A stretch of DNA of 64,000 nucleotides, taken from assembly GCA_001600815.1 (NCBI GenBank), contig BCKZ01000023.1:62001-126000 (forward strand), in the 5' to 3' direction. This DNA comes from Alloascoidea hylecoeti (lineage: Eukaryota). A program made the position numbers and the translations under genes. Of the stretch, positions 1-13,200 are shown piece by piece (the first letter of the stretch is position 1; each line of letters starts with the position of its first letter). The notes beneath the pieces are model-generated. The model made no database searches, was not told where the DNA came from, and saw only the letters and a list, made by a program, of their open reading frames with translations.

Positions 1-251
1 ATATGTCTGGTTTTGTTTGCCCAAATTGTAAGAATGAATCTCAAATTTTTGTACCAACTACTGGAGGTGGTAAAGCATTAGCAGAAGAAATGGATATACC
101 ATTTTTAGGGTCTATTCCTCTAGACCCAAGAATAATGCAGGCCTGTGATACGGGAGAAAGCTTTTTAGACTTATATCCCGAATCACCTGCAACGACTGCA
201 ATTTTAGATGTTATCGATGAAATACGTGATCGGATAGGAGAATCTATTTAG
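1..251 (+). CDS. NBP35: Cytosolic Fe-S cluster assembly factor Nbp35, 3' end only (gene starts before window)
   Basis: [50 protein letters not shown] matches the Nbp35/Mrp P-loop NTPase C-terminus. Confidence 0.9.
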   Translation, partial: MSGFVCPNCKNESQIFVPTTGGGKALAEEMDIPFLGSIPLDPRIMQACDTGESFLDLYPESPATTAILDVIDEIRDRIGESI

Positions 252-570
252 AAATTTTCCATAATCATCAGTTAAGTAGTTTGAATTTTAGTCACCATAC
301 ATACATATTATATTGAATTTTCACTCGCTAGCATTAGTTTTCATTTGGAAGGTATTAATTATGAGAGAATAAGTTAATTGACTGACTAACCGTCCTAATT
401 GGAGATCTAGGATTAATGGTTTAATAAGTATTAAAATGTTATGTTGACATGAAAATATATGTATGCTTTTTATTCAGTATATTACTTATATAATTTAAAA
501 TACAAAAATATTCCTCCTAACTATTTCTTGAATATTTCATAACTTCTTCATCTACCTCTTTGTTTCTTTA

Positions 571-3500
571 TCAAGACAATATTTGTTTAAAATGGGTTAA
601 AGCTAATCCCAAAGTATGTTTTTTATTTTCACTCGTACCCATTTTCATTTTTAAAATATTTGAAATATCAAAGCTTACTTCTAAATCATCATTTTTGGCT
701 AATTTTAATAAAATCTTTGCAACAAAATCAGACATTAAATAAATTGCAATCTTTTGTTTAAAATTAAGAATTGATACTTGAGATAATAATTTTGATAACT
801 TAGTTGAAATTTTATTTAATTGTTTCTTATTACCAGAATTAATTAAAGTACCATTTTCTGATAATATCGACAATTCAATATAATTTAAATATAATTGTCC
901 ACCTAATGACCAATCTTCTACTAAATCAGTATTTTGAAATTGATGTAAATATTCACGTAATCTCTTTAATTCTTTACTAATAATAGCATCAGGTCCAACA
1001 TTTTTAATAATACTATTATGTGCTTCTGACCAATTACCAGCTTTTAATAAATTATCAGTTTCCTGCCATATTGATCCCTTATATCTATAATATAAAGCTT
1101 TTGATTCGAATATAATTCTTTCAGGGACTTTAAATTGTGTTGAAAGTCCTCTAAATATTTTTTCATCACCAATGACATCTTCAATATGTGTTGAAATGAT
1201 TTTTGTTATTAATTCAGAACATTGATTTTCATTTGATAAAAATGATAATATGAATACCGCTTCTTGCCAACATCCCAAAGCGGTTAATTGATTAGAATAA
1301 GCAATTGTTAACTTATCATTAATTGATAATATTTCTAATCTATCTGAATGAGTAGTGAATAATTTTTTAACATTTGATAATATATCGAATAAAATCCATT
1401 TAATTCTATCATCAAGTATAGAAGAGCCGGTTTTAAATAATTCTAAAGATTTTGCTAAATCATAGGATTGATGACCTTTAGATAAACGATATAATCTTAT
1501 TATGGCAAAATAAATATCATATTCATTATTTGATGAATATGGTCCAGGTACACTCTTAACCACTGTAAAAGCATCTTCATAACTATTAATTGATTTTGAA
1601 ATCGGATCTCTTATTGTTGATTCATACCATAATTTTAAACCAAGGGCAACTTTCCAAGAAAATCCTTTACTCATGTTATAATCAGAAACGTATGAAACTT
1701 CAGTATTACCAGCTAATAATTCATAAATTTTACGGATTGGGAGTGGAATTTCATTTAGTGTTTTATTTTTTGACCAATATTCTAATTGTGATCTTGAATC
1801 CATTCTAATATTTTCATCATCAGAACCTAATAAAGGAATTAAAGTAGATAAATGATAATTTTTTGATTGAATTGATAATTTTGTTGCTTCAGTAATTCTA
1901 TTACCACAAATATTTATATAAATTTTTTCTAACGGATCATTTGTTTTAGATAATTTTTCATTAATTTCATTATTAACTTGATTTTTTAACCATTCCGATA
2001 ATAATTGTTTCTTCTTTTGTTCAAATAATTTATTATATAATTTTCGTTTTAAATCATATGGTAAATTTTCAAGTTCAATAGAATCATTAATTATTGAATC
2101 ATCAAATAATATAGATGATAAATTCCAAAATGTTTTCTCTGTAGAATTTAATTTTGAATCTTTAGAATTATCTTCAATATTATCATTAAAATTTTCTAAT
2201 ATAATTTTAAAAGTTAACTCTTTTGTTGTATTAGATTTTGGGAATCCATTTACACGTTTTTCAATTTTTGAATAATTAACAATATTCTTAAAAACATTTC
2301 GAATTGAATTTGTACCAATAGTTTTAGAACCTGAATCTTCTTCAATTTGTTTAAATGAAACGGATGATGCTGTATTACTTGATGAATATGAATGACTTTT
2401 ACCAATTAATTCACCTTTATAAATTAATTTACCATTAATCGACCATTTACAAAAAGCACTAGGGGATAATCTAAGGTTTTTTGAAGCATCTTTTGAAAGT
2501 GACGACATTTTTTCAAAATCACCGAAAATCGCCTTATCAAGATCCATAACACTAAAATCTTCTTCTTTATCATCATCCTCTTCTTCATCAGTATCATCAA
2601 ACATTGAGTCTAACGTAACAACATTAGTATCCTTTCTGAAAATTGAATCAGGTCTTTCACCATACTGAAGTTGAGCATCCCAATTTGTTGTTTTTGGCTC
2701 CTTTGGTCTTAATAAACTTTGTTCGTGACTCCATTCTTCAAATATCTCATTATCTGTGTTGCTTGTACTTTGAACAGCATCAATTGATGATGTATCGCTG
2801 TCACTATCATCATTTGTTCTTATAAGACCCCATCTTCCAGCAATATTTTCATGTTCATGTTCATGTTCATGTTCAGTTTCAATTTCAATTTCAATTTCGT
2901 TATCATCATTTCCATCCATTGGCAAATCATCTTGTTGAAGATCTACATCTACAGTTGAATCATTAACAGAGTATGATTCATCAACTTGCTCAATATGGAT
3001 ATTTTGCTCCTCCATATCAGTATCAAAACTCCAGCCTCCAGGCATACTAGCATCCCAGGATGATTTAAAAGGTCTGGTAATTTCTGACATTTCTTGGGTT
3101 TTAGGTTTATGTTGAGATTGAGGTTGAGATTCGTTCTTTTTATTTCCAATTGATCCTTGAATATTTTTCAATGTAGTTGCTTCATTACTATCATTTGTTG
3201 TAGAAGTTATTTGATTTTTACTAAATTGTGAATTTGAATTTCTATAATGGGTAGATGCATCATTTTGAACCATTTCAGGTTTTTTATTATCTTGTTTTAA
3301 TTCTTGTTCAACTTCTTCATCAGAACTTTCATAATCATCATCATCAACTAACCCCCAAATACTAAAATGTTTAACTTTAAAAACCCAATTTCCAAAAACT
3401 GGATCATATGTAACAAATTCTGTACCTCTTTGTTTTTTTAATCTTTTAACATGAGATTGAACTTTTGAACTTGATGGATCAGTTATTTTTTTTTTTGAAA

Positions 3501-5331
3501 TTTTATCAAAAGGGAAACATTTTTCAATTGTTATTGTTGATGGTACATTTAATCCTAAACCCATTGGTGGTTTAATTATATTTTCAAAATTATTTTCAGG
3601 ATAAACATTTACAATTGATTTTTCAAATTTAATAATTTTACCAAATAAATAAAATTTTAAATTTGATTCGAAATCAGTTAAATCAATTGGATAATTAAAA
3701 GCAATTTGTCCATAACCTTTTCTACCAATTATAAAATTATCAATATTTGATAATTGATCATGAGAAAGGGATTGTAATGATTGAATTGATGGAGAACTCC
3801 AATAATCACCAAAATTATTTTCTTCTCTTTCATTTCCTTTTTCAATTTTATTGGTGTCAGTTTCAATTTCAATTTCATTTGAATTCTCATGAATAATACC
3901 GTTTATATTCCCATTACCATTTTCTCTTTTTGATTCAATTTCAAGTTGTAAATCTTTTAAATCATCTTTAAAATAAGCTGATGATACTTTTCTTCGACCT
4001 AAAAAGAAAGGTGAAGAAGAGACTTTTTTCAAACCATAAATATCATTATCATTATTAATTTTAACTCTTTTTATTTTTGATTTACCTCTTAAAACATCTT
4101 CTTCAGTTAGTTTTCTATCAATAACTAATTTTTTTAAATTTGATGCTCCATTGATACCAGATAATAATCTTGAACGAGAATAATTTGTAGAAACTGGGAT
4201 TTGCCATAAATTTGCACTTTTATTGGAATTGTTAAACCAACCATTATTATTGTTGTTATTTGTAGATGAATTATTTGTAGAAATTGAAGGATCTAAAATA
4301 TCATTTTCAATTGTTGTTGATGATGATGAATTTGATTGTTTTGAATTATTAATCGGTTTACTTGATTTAAAACTTAATTCAAATTGAATATTTGATTGCG
4401 GTTCATTTTCATTACCAAATATTTTAAAACGATTTGAATTTAATGGTAATTGCTTTGAATTACTATTTGCAAAACGGCCTAATAATAACGAAGCAGGAGA
4501 TGATGATGATTGTCTTTTACGTTTACTATCACTGAGTTTTGAAGTTGTAATATTTCTAATAGAATTTGTCGGAGGTGGAGGAGTTAATGGTTCAATAACT
4601 TCACCTTGTTTGATGGTAATTGAGTTATAAATTTGCTGATGGCCATAAGGATTCTGTTGTTGTTGATTTAAAATATTATTGTTATTTCCCCACGATGAAT
4701 TATTATTGGTTAAAAAAATACCATTTGAAGTGGCATTATTATTAGTATTAGTATTATTGTTGCTATTATTATTATTTGTGCCAAAAATTGATTTTCCTGA
4801 TTGATTATTCAAATTATTATTGTTATTATTATTAAACAATGAGGCACCAGATGACACGTTTGAATTGTTATTAGAGAATAACGAGAATGAATTTGGAGTG
4901 TTATTGTTGTTGTTATTATTATTGTTATTGTTAGCAGCAAATAAAGAGCCAGTTGAAGTAGAAGGTTTTGAGAATAAACCTCCTGAAGGATTACCGAAAG
5001 TATTTGTAGTACCATTAGTATTAAATCCACCAAAGGTGTTTGAGGTTGAAACAGAAGTTGAAGGGGTTGACATATTCGTATTATTAGTTTTTGTGCTAAA
5101 TAAAGAGCCAGAGGTGTTGTTATTGCTACCAAATGAGAAATTGGTGGAGGGTTTAGAAGTTCCATTTCCAAATGCAGTTCTTTTGGCATCTCCACCAAGA
5201 TCTGTATCACTTCTTTTATTATTACTATTCAAGGAAAAAGAAGGAATAGAGGCATTTGAAGAGGATGCATTGTTTGAACCAAACGAAAAGCTTGGGACAG
5301 AGGAAGTGTTTGTCCCGAAAGAAGTCACCAT
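571..5331 (-). CDS. NUP145: Nup98-Nup96/Nup145 precursor nucleoporin
   Basis: N-terminal FG/Asn-rich repeats, autoproteolysis domain ending FKVKHF|SIWGL, then a helical Nup96-like C-terminal part. Confidence 0.93.
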   Translation of the reverse strand: MVTSFGTNTSSVPSFSFGSNNASSSNASIPSFSLNSNNKRSDTDLGGDAKRTAFGNGTSKPSTNFSFGSNNNTSGSLFSTKTNNTNMSTPSTSVSTSNTFGGFNTNGTTNTFGNPSGGLFSKPSTSTGSLFAANNNNNNNNNNNTPNSFSLFSNNNSNVSSGASLFNNNNNNNLNNQSGKSIFGTNNNNSNNNTNTNNNATSNGIFLTNNNSSWGNNNNILNQQQQNPYGHQQIYNSITIKQGEVIEPLTPPPPTNSIRNITTSKLSDSKRKRQSSSSPASLLLGRFANSNSKQLPLNSNRFKIFGNENEPQSNIQFELSFKSSKPINNSKQSNSSSSTTIENDILDPSISTNNSSTNNNNNNGWFNNSNKSANLWQIPVSTNYSRSRLLSGINGASNLKKLVIDRKLTEEDVLRGKSKIKRVKINNDNDIYGLKKVSSSPFFLGRRKVSSAYFKDDLKDLQLEIESKRENGNGNINGIIHENSNEIEIETDTNKIEKGNEREENNFGDYWSSPSIQSLQSLSHDQLSNIDNFIIGRKGYGQIAFNYPIDLTDFESNLKFYLFGKIIKFEKSIVNVYPENNFENIIKPPMGLGLNVPSTITIEKCFPFDKISKKKITDPSSSKVQSHVKRLKKQRGTEFVTYDPVFGNWVFKVKHFSIWGLVDDDDYESSDEEVEQELKQDNKKPEMVQNDASTHYRNSNSQFSKNQITSTTNDSNEATTLKNIQGSIGNKKNESQPQSQHKPKTQEMSEITRPFKSSWDASMPGGWSFDTDMEEQNIHIEQVDESYSVNDSTVDVDLQQDDLPMDGNDDNEIEIEIETEHEHEHEHENIAGRWGLIRTNDDSDSDTSSIDAVQSTSNTDNEIFEEWSHEQSLLRPKEPKTTNWDAQLQYGERPDSIFRKDTNVVTLDSMFDDTDEEEDDDKEEDFSVMDLDKAIFGDFEKMSSLSKDASKNLRLSPSAFCKWSINGKLIYKGELIGKSHSYSSSNTASSVSFKQIEEDSGSKTIGTNSIRNVFKNIVNYSKIEKRVNGFPKSNTTKELTFKIILENFNDNIEDNSKDSKLNSTEKTFWNLSSILFDDSIINDSIELENLPYDLKRKLYNKLFEQKKKQLLSEWLKNQVNNEINEKLSKTNDPLEKIYINICGNRITEATKLSIQSKNYHLSTLIPLLGSDDENIRMDSRSQLEYWSKNKTLNEIPLPIRKIYELLAGNTEVSYVSDYNMSKGFSWKVALGLKLWYESTIRDPISKSINSYEDAFTVVKSVPGPYSSNNEYDIYFAIIRLYRLSKGHQSYDLAKSLELFKTGSSILDDRIKWILFDILSNVKKLFTTHSDRLEILSINDKLTIAYSNQLTALGCWQEAVFILSFLSNENQCSELITKIISTHIEDVIGDEKIFRGLSTQFKVPERIIFESKALYYRYKGSIWQETDNLLKAGNWSEAHNSIIKNVGPDAIISKELKRLREYLHQFQNTDLVEDWSLGGQLYLNYIELSILSENGTLINSGNKKQLNKISTKLSKLLSQVSILNFKQKIAIYLMSDFVAKILLKLAKNDDLEVSFDISNILKMKMGTSENKKHTLGLALTHFKQILS

Positions 5332-5347
5332 TATTTCCCACTATTGT

Positions 5348-5482
5348 CTGAAATTGAGGAGGTTAGTACAGATCCATATAACTAGAAACGTAGTAAATAG
5401 TAAACAAAAAACACAGAGCACGCGTAGAAACGTAAAAACGTAAAAACCCCAAGAACATAAAAACAGAATTATTTTAACATAC
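5348..5482 (-). other. 5'-UTR spliceosomal intron of NUP145
   Basis: On minus strand GTATGT donor at 5482, TACTAAC branch point at 5368-5362, CAG acceptor ending 5348, 16 nt before the ATG; in-frame TAG lies between acceptor and ATG. Confidence 0.7.
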
Positions 5483-6628
5483 ACTTCCAGTAAGAATAAA
5501 AAAGTGATAAACTCGAAAACCTCTGAAATAGCTGCTTTTTAAAAATTTCGATTATTTCGTGGTGTTTTTTGGAGGTTCAAAAAGTGAAAAATGTTACTGT
5601 GCAAAAACGCCGCAGCAGTCGCAACACTTATGCCATATTATGTAATCATAATATTCATATTTCATTTGGGCAGCTGTTGGAGGGTGCGTCTTAGGATTGT
5701 TCATCCATATTTATAAACTATCAATAAATCCGATTTTAATTTGACACCATTGATATTCTTTTTACTTTGTAATGTTTTTTGTAGCCATTCTCTCTACCAA
5801 TCTTTGAAATCTAAATTGAAATAGAAATTGGCGATTCAATAGCAGTTGTTTTATTATTTCGGCAAAGATTACAACCATTACTTTTTGAATAGATCTTTCC
5901 ATTGGAATTGAAATTTATTTTGTCACAATAATACGCATAGCAATATTAAATTCACAGTGATACAATTTGTTTATAATTATATCATGACTACTCTGAAATC
6001 ACTTGAATCATTTTTCTCTTGTTCTCAAAAAACTCTTATTTAATTCAACTACACGTAAGTTTTAAGATGTTATAACTCTTAAAGTGGTTCAACACAATGG
6101 TATATGCATATGCATGGCTAATTATGATTAAATATCATGCATATGTCTGTGTCTATAAATAGTAACTGAGTTATATTATACCTAAAATAGAAATATGTTA
6201 TTAACCACTATATCAGTCTGTATGGTAGCTATTCAATAATTGTAATAATAGGAACTTTGGGAATTTTACCTTTTTAGTCTGTTTATAAATAATATTAATG
6301 TACTGATTGATTTGATGTTATAGCTATTTCTAGATTCAGGTATATATTGAAATGTACTGTACACCTGCATCATCTCATCTCATCTATACCATAGCTTTAT
6401 ATAAGACTTATAACACTCTTAATTAGCTACATCTACAGCTAGAGTGCTTCATTTATATATATTATAGATATATATTACAGGATAACGTTTTCAATTTGCC
6501 TATTTACTTATATAATTATCTGTTATATTTAATTTTATAATCATTAAATCTGCAGCCATTCCAATCGCATATTTATAAATAAATATATCTCTTTCTGCCA
6601 ATGATTTCTCTGCAATTTTAAAATATAT

Positions 6629-6991
6629 ATGGCCTCCAATCAAGTAGTATTGACTGGTGTGGAAAGACATTCTGGAGAAGTGACCTCCAGAAGATCAAGA
6701 TCCAGATCCAGATCAAAATCATCTGAATCGCCAGATGGGGATATCACAAATCAAAGCGTAATCACCAACTCACCAGTTTATAATGAGGATGTACTAGAAA
6801 TTCCAGTACCAACTGGTAACGAAACCCCACCTAACAGCTTCTGGGGGGAAATTAACAATTTTAAATTCCACACTATTATCATATTTATCGGCGCTTTTAC
6901 GGTGCTTATTAATTCAATGTCAGATTCGTCACCACCAAAGTGGCACCAATACTTAGCAGTCGTTATTGGGATAGTATGCGGCAAAGATTAG
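6629..6991 (+). CDS. Small orphan membrane protein, possibly interrupted by a premature stop (frame stays open to 7117)
   Basis: ATG ORF of 120 aa with an RS-rich N-terminus and two hydrophobic segments; a third hydrophobic segment follows the TAG in frame. Confidence 0.4.
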   Translation: MASNQVVLTGVERHSGEVTSRRSRSRSRSKSSESPDGDITNQSVITNSPVYNEDVLEIPVPTGNETPPNSFWGEINNFKFHTIIIFIGAFTVLINSMSDSSPPKWHQYLAVVIGIVCGKD

Positions 6992-7463
6992 TCTTTTCGT
7001 CTCTCCATTGAAAGAAACATGTGTTTTGGTCTTTTAGGTCTTATACTAAATGTGGTGCTTTTAGTGTTTAGCAGGTTCAAATTCAAGACTCAGTATACTG
7101 CATACCGCCTATGGTAACTGCCAGATGTGGTTCTGCACATACACAGACTTACTATACTTGAATGTTAAGCTAACTGTGACTACTGTATATGGCAATAAGT
7201 TGCCTACATTGCATACTCACTGTAATATATAATAATAAAAGATAAAATTTTAAGTATATGCGACTATGCATAAGCACCCTATAGCTAAACAGTGAGAACC
7301 GTCACCTATAACTTACTCATTAGTAAATATTTTCAGCAACATTTGAGTTAGATATTTTGGCAATTCATTCATCTAAAGCACAACTAGTGTGGAGCTCCTG
7401 CTCTCTGTTGTGGCATATTCATATGGTGAATTATCACTTTTAAATTTTGATTTTAATAATACA

Positions 7464-8900
7464 TCAAGAAGCATGGTAGCACTTTAAAACAAATTGATAT
7501 CTTTTGGACCGTGGATGCTCTGAATTGAACCGATGATACTTTATTTTATCTGTTTCTGTATTTGTATTTGTTTTTAATTTTGATTCCGATAAAGCATTAC
7601 GATTATCAGTATCGTGAGCACATTTTGATAGCCCCAAGTATTCTGATAACTCTGATAACATGAATTTCATGAATTTCATGTCATTTGTCACTTTTTTTAT
7701 TAAACCAAGATTCGGGCCTGATGTTTGGGATTTCAATTCAATTTTAATTTTCAATTCATAAAATCTTGATATGAAGCAGTTTTGATAATTCGGAACTAAA
7801 TTGGAAGTGATTAAAGGTACTTCAATATTTATAATCTTTTCATATTTGGTCTCTCTAGTTTTTTGATCATATATTGGTGTCCATCCTTTCTAAATATCTT
7901 CTCTAGATTTACAATCAAGTTCAGCGCCGGCTGATATAGTAGGAATATTGCATTGATCAAAGTTTAAAGAACCTAAATCAGATCCTCCTCTAGTATTATC
8001 TTTTAAAACATTCGGGTTATTGTGGACTAAGGAGTGTTTTCTTATATTTTTTTGAGAATCTAAATTATTTCCAAATGACGTTGCAATGGTAGTATTAATT
8101 TGTAAATGTAGATCCACTGATGTAATAAGAGGTGGGGTTCTAGTACTCCATCAATTGATTTTGGACTATAAATAAACCTTAATGGATATTTGAAGAAACC
8201 GCCTACTGCTGGTTTGATATTTTGCTTTTGAACAGGAGTTGTTAATGGATTACTAGTGACTAATCCCGGTAAACAAAATATTGGATCTGGACGAGGTGAA
8301 ATCACTTTTATCGTTGATCTGATTTTATTTGAACAATCGCACTTTTTTCCTGCCAACCATTCAAAATGTTTGCAGTAAGATATTTCTTCGGTCGTGGGGT
8401 CAATATGATAAAAAGTTTTACATCTAGTTTTGTTACTATAAAATGGTAAATTTTTATCGAGGTATGGCTGAAAAAGGTGGAGGGAAGCAGCAGGAGGATA
8501 TGAAGGTATGATGTTGAAAACATAATATGCCTTCAAGTTTATATATCTGGCGGATGGCTTTTGCTTCCGTAGATTAAAATTCTCAGTCGTATTTTCAAGT
8601 TTCTTTGTAATTATAGCTTCAATAGAATAAGTAATAGAAACCCTAAATGAAGATTCCCCCAGCCAATATTCGTATACAACATTGAAGCTATAGCTCTTGA
8701 TTCAGAGGTACGGCATATATTGGGGTACCCCTCAGGCTTATTACATTTATAATTTAACGTATAATTACTTGAATCATAATTGATGGGAATAAACAGGACT
8801 TTGATGACTCCTCAACACTTGGAGGAGACGTTTATGGAAAAAGTTAAAGTTTCCTTTGAAAGTTGATTCCAAAGCTAAATGGTAACACATATTTCTTGCT
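7464..8900 (-). pseudogene. Decayed alpha-arrestin/Bul1-like ubiquitin-ligase adaptor
   Basis: Collinear minus-strand fragments KKYVLPFSFG, FRVSITYSIEAIITKK, YVFNIIPSYP and LVPNYQNCFISRFYELKIKIEL (similar to the Bul1/arrestin C-terminal motif LxPxFxSCxxSRxYxxxxxxxF), broken by frameshifts and stops. Confidence 0.5.
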
Positions 8901-10128
8901 GGACAAAGCTATATTATCATAATGCACGAGAAGAAGGAATCTGGTGAGGTTTCTAATATCTCGAATATTTATTTACTTAAAGGCGGCCATAACCTATGGA
9001 AAACATTAAATGAACACTATAGGAGTCTCACAGAGTGTTTTTTTTTCGTGGTAAGCCATTTAATACTTACTCATAAAAATTTGATTCAAAGAAAGTTATT
9101 GATAACAGATTATATAATAACAAATATCTTATGTATTCATTCAAAAGACGTGTCTATAGACTCTATATATAAGTTCATTTCTATACTGTCTAATGCTTTC
9201 ATAATGATGATATTCAGTTTATTATTTAATTCAAACCTACTGGTACTCAAATACTTAATTGTTAGTACTAGACTATGCATAATTGATCCCCATAAATTTC
9301 CTGCTAACTAAGGCTAAAATTATTTTTCACGCAATGTATAAATTTAAATGCTGTAGTTATAATAATTTATATTTAAATTTGTTTAATGATATTAAAGCAT
9401 TATATTTTCCACTAGGTTATGAGTTCTGGTAACGTGAATAATCCAAATTGAAGATATTGCAAGAGAAATAAGATACTTTCTTATCTGTAAGCCCAGATAA
9501 TGTGATAAAATGTCCTATTTCTTTTACATGATACGTATACCCCTTACTGATATATGAGAAATTTGTTTATGAAATTGGGCGGAATATTCTATTGATCGTT
9601 TTTCCATTTATTCATATTAACATTTTTAAAGCTGATAGTAGGGAAATAGGATCTATTGTACAACACTTTATTGATCTTCATATTAATATTCGAACTTTTC
9701 TTTTTACATAATAATCATAATAGATCCAAGCCTAACAGCCACAATCGACTTGTAAGGCTTATGATAATTTACACGACTAATATATTTATGTATGAACAAT
9801 TTACTAATGGAAGTTCAAACTTTTGGAGCATAAAAAAACACTATGTGCATTGTTACAAATACGGTAAGAATAGTCACATGTGCTCACCAAGTGATCCACG
9901 GAAATACCGTACGTATATGGAAATGTGTACGGACGATTTAAAAAATGGACTACGGAAAAGCTACGCACGGAAAATTTCTAAAATACACATTTCCGTAAAT
10001 CGTGGGTAGCTCTGGTGCAAAATTTACCTGCAAATTGGGTACTTTGATCCCATAAGTCCACCCCACTCTCTGAATGATTTTCCTTTTTTGACTGCCGCAT
10101 AGTAATATATTACGTAATACATAACCAT

Positions 10129-10136
10129 CCGGGTAA
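10129..10136 (+). promoter_or_regulatory. Reb1-type site CCGGGTAA upstream of RPA190, followed by poly-T and RRPE-like tracts
   Basis: Exact CCGGGTAA about 130 bp before the RPA190 ATG. Confidence 0.55.
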
Positions 10137-10261
10137 CCCCATCTCCAATTTTTTTTTACCTGTAGAATTTTTCAAACTTTTATTCAGAATTTTTCAGATT
10201 TATCAAAAAGTATCAAAAGCACAAAAAACCGGTTTTACTGCTGTCTGGATCACAATTAATA

Positions 10262-13200
10262 ATGGATATCGCTAAACCTGTTGGAACTTCTATTACTTCA
10301 GTAGATTTTAGCTTTCTTAGTTCCTCTGATATAAGAAAATTATCTGCTACACAGGTAATAAGTACTGGGTCTTTTAATACTTTAGGTCATCCAGTTGTTG
10401 GCGGATTATATGATTTATCCATGGGTGCCTTCTTTAAATATATATGTAATACATGCGGTTTAAATAAAGATCAATGCCCCGGTCATATGGGTCATATGGA
10501 ACTTCCAGCTCCTGTCTATAATCCCATGTTTTTCCCACAAATGTATTTACTATTAAGATCAACCTGTCTATTCTGCCATCAATTTAAACTTTCTGCTTCT
10601 GAAGTCCATCGCTTTTCCTGTAAATTGTCTTTATTGCAATATGGCCTGGTTGTTGAAGCTAATCAAATCGATGATTTCGATACTGTTCTTATCAAGAACG
10701 AAGATGGCCATGAACCTGTGACAGAAACAAAAACAAAAACAAAAGGGAAAAAAACCAAAGACGATCATAATGAGGAATTAGAGCGAGAAGAATTAGAAAA
10801 TCTAAAAAAAATTAGAAATGATTTTGTTAAAAAATCAATTGAAAATGCATTTAATGATGGAAGATGTTCAAGGAATGATGAAAATGGTGGTGCTATATTT
10901 ACTTCAAATATTCATGAGGAACGGAAAAAAACAATAAAGGAGTTCTATAGATCCCTCGTATTAAGGAATAAATGTGATAATTGTAAAATGTTCTCACCAA
11001 AATTTAGAAAAGATGGCTACACAAAGATTTTTGAAATTTCTTTAACTGACAAACAATCATCACATAATAGAGTCATTGGACTTAAAAGAGCCGATGTTCT
11101 TAAGCATGCAAATAACAATACAACTACAACTGAAAATGTGAGTGTCAATCAAAATGCTAAAACTGGAAGTATTTATATGCTTTCTGAGCAAGTCCAAGAA
11201 CATTTGAAGTTATTATTTTCAAATGAATCGGAAATTTTAACATTAATTTACAAATCAAGACCAAACTCAAAAGAGAAAATAGATGCTGAAATGTTTTTCA
11301 TAAAGGCTTTAGTTGTTCCTTCTAATAGATTTCGTGCACCAACACAAGTAGGTGATTCAATTAATGACCACTTCCAAAATGAATTATTAGTAAAAATCTT
11401 AACAACCTCTCAGAGAATCAAATATTTAAATGATAAAATGGGTGAACTAAGATTGCAAAAGAATTTACACGATCAAAGAAAAGCTATATTTACTCAATTA
11501 ATGAATTCCTGTGTAACAATTCAAGATGATGTTAATGCTTTTCTTGATAGCACTAAAAATAGAAACGAAAAAGAGAGAATGCCACCTCCCGGTATTAAAC
11601 AAGCTTTGGAAAAGAAAGAAGGTTTATTTAGAATGAATATGATGGGAAAACGTGTTAATTATGCTGCCAGATCTGTCATTTCTCCTGATCCAATGATTGA
11701 AACAAATGAAGTTGGTATCCCTCCTGTTTTCGCTGTTAAACTAACCTACCCTGAACCAGTTACTCCCCATAACGTCCAAGAGTTAAGACAGGCAGTCATT
11801 AATGGCCCGAATATTTGGCCTGGTGCGACCCAAGTTCAAACAGAAGATGGTAGATTGACCTATTTGGAAACATTATCTGTTGATGAACGAACCGCTCTAG
11901 CAAATCAATTGTTAACTCCATCTGATGGTTTAGGCCCCACAGGTATCATAAATAAAAAAGTCTACAGACATATTAGAAATAATGATATTGTTATTATGAA
12001 TCGTCAACCTTCATTACATAAAGCTTCTATGATGTGTCATAAAGTCCGTGTATTACCTCGTGAAAAAACTTTAAGATTACATTATGCAAACACAAATGCA
12101 TATAATGCCGATTTTGATGGTGATGAAATGAATATGCATTTCCCTCAAGATGAGAATGCAAGAGCTGAAGCAATGTTTGTTGCAAATACCGACTCACAAT
12201 ATTTAACTCCAACTTCTGGTAAACCATTACGTGGTTTGATTCAAGATCATATTAGTGCTGGTGTTTTATTAACAGGTAAAGATTCCTTCTTCACAAGAGA
12301 ACAATATCAACAATTAATATATGGTAGTATAAGACCAGAAGATGGACATTCAACGAATAAAAGGATTATTACTGTTCCTCCAGCAATTTGGAAGCCAATT
12401 CCTTTATGGACTGGTAAACAAATCATTTCGACTGTTTTAATTAATATTAAACCAGTAGATAGGCCTGGTTTAAATCTATTTTCAAAAAATAAAATTAGAG
12501 ATACATATTGGAGTGAAATTTCTTCTGAAGAAGATAAAGTTATTTTTAGAAATGGTGAATTAGTCACTGGTATTTTAGATAAATCACAATATGGTGCTTC
12601 TGAATATGGTTTAGTTCACTCAATTCATGAAATTTATGGCCCACATATTGCTGGTCAATCCCTTAGTATATTAGGTCGTTTATTCACAAAATATATCCAA
12701 TCTGCTGGTTTCACTTGTGGTATGGATGATCTATGGTTAACAAAAGACGGTGATATTGCTAGAAGAGAAATTCTTAAAAAATCGTTAGATGCTGGTAGAA
12801 TCGCCGCTGCCAATGTAACCAATCTCGATCCAAAGACAACAAAGGATGATGATCGTGAACTTAAAAATAGATTGGAAGAAATTCTAAGAGATAATGCAAA
12901 ATCAGGAGTGTTAGATGCTATATCTCAATCAGCGGTTAATTCTATTTCAAGTGAAGTTGTTAGCGCATGTATCCCCGGTGGTACTGAAAAAAGATTTCCG
13001 AAAAATGCAATGCAATCTATGGCTTTATCTGGGGCTAAAGGTTCAAATGTTAATGTTTCTCAAATTATGTGTTTATTAGGTCAACAAGCTTTAGAAGGTA
13101 GAAGGGTACCCGTTATGGTTAGTGGGAAAACTTTACCTTCTTTCAAACCTTATGAAACTGATGCAAGGGCTGGTGGTTATATTAAAGGTCGTTTCTTTTC

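Noticed and set aside
4820..5443. 207-aa plus-strand ORF with poly-Leu
   Set aside because: Antisense shadow of the Asn-rich FG region of NUP145; the other short ORFs overlapping long genes were dismissed for the same reason
8922..10009. ORFs of 129 and 117 aa
   Set aside because: No recognisable motifs, composition typical of AT-rich intergenic DNA, and the second starts at TTG
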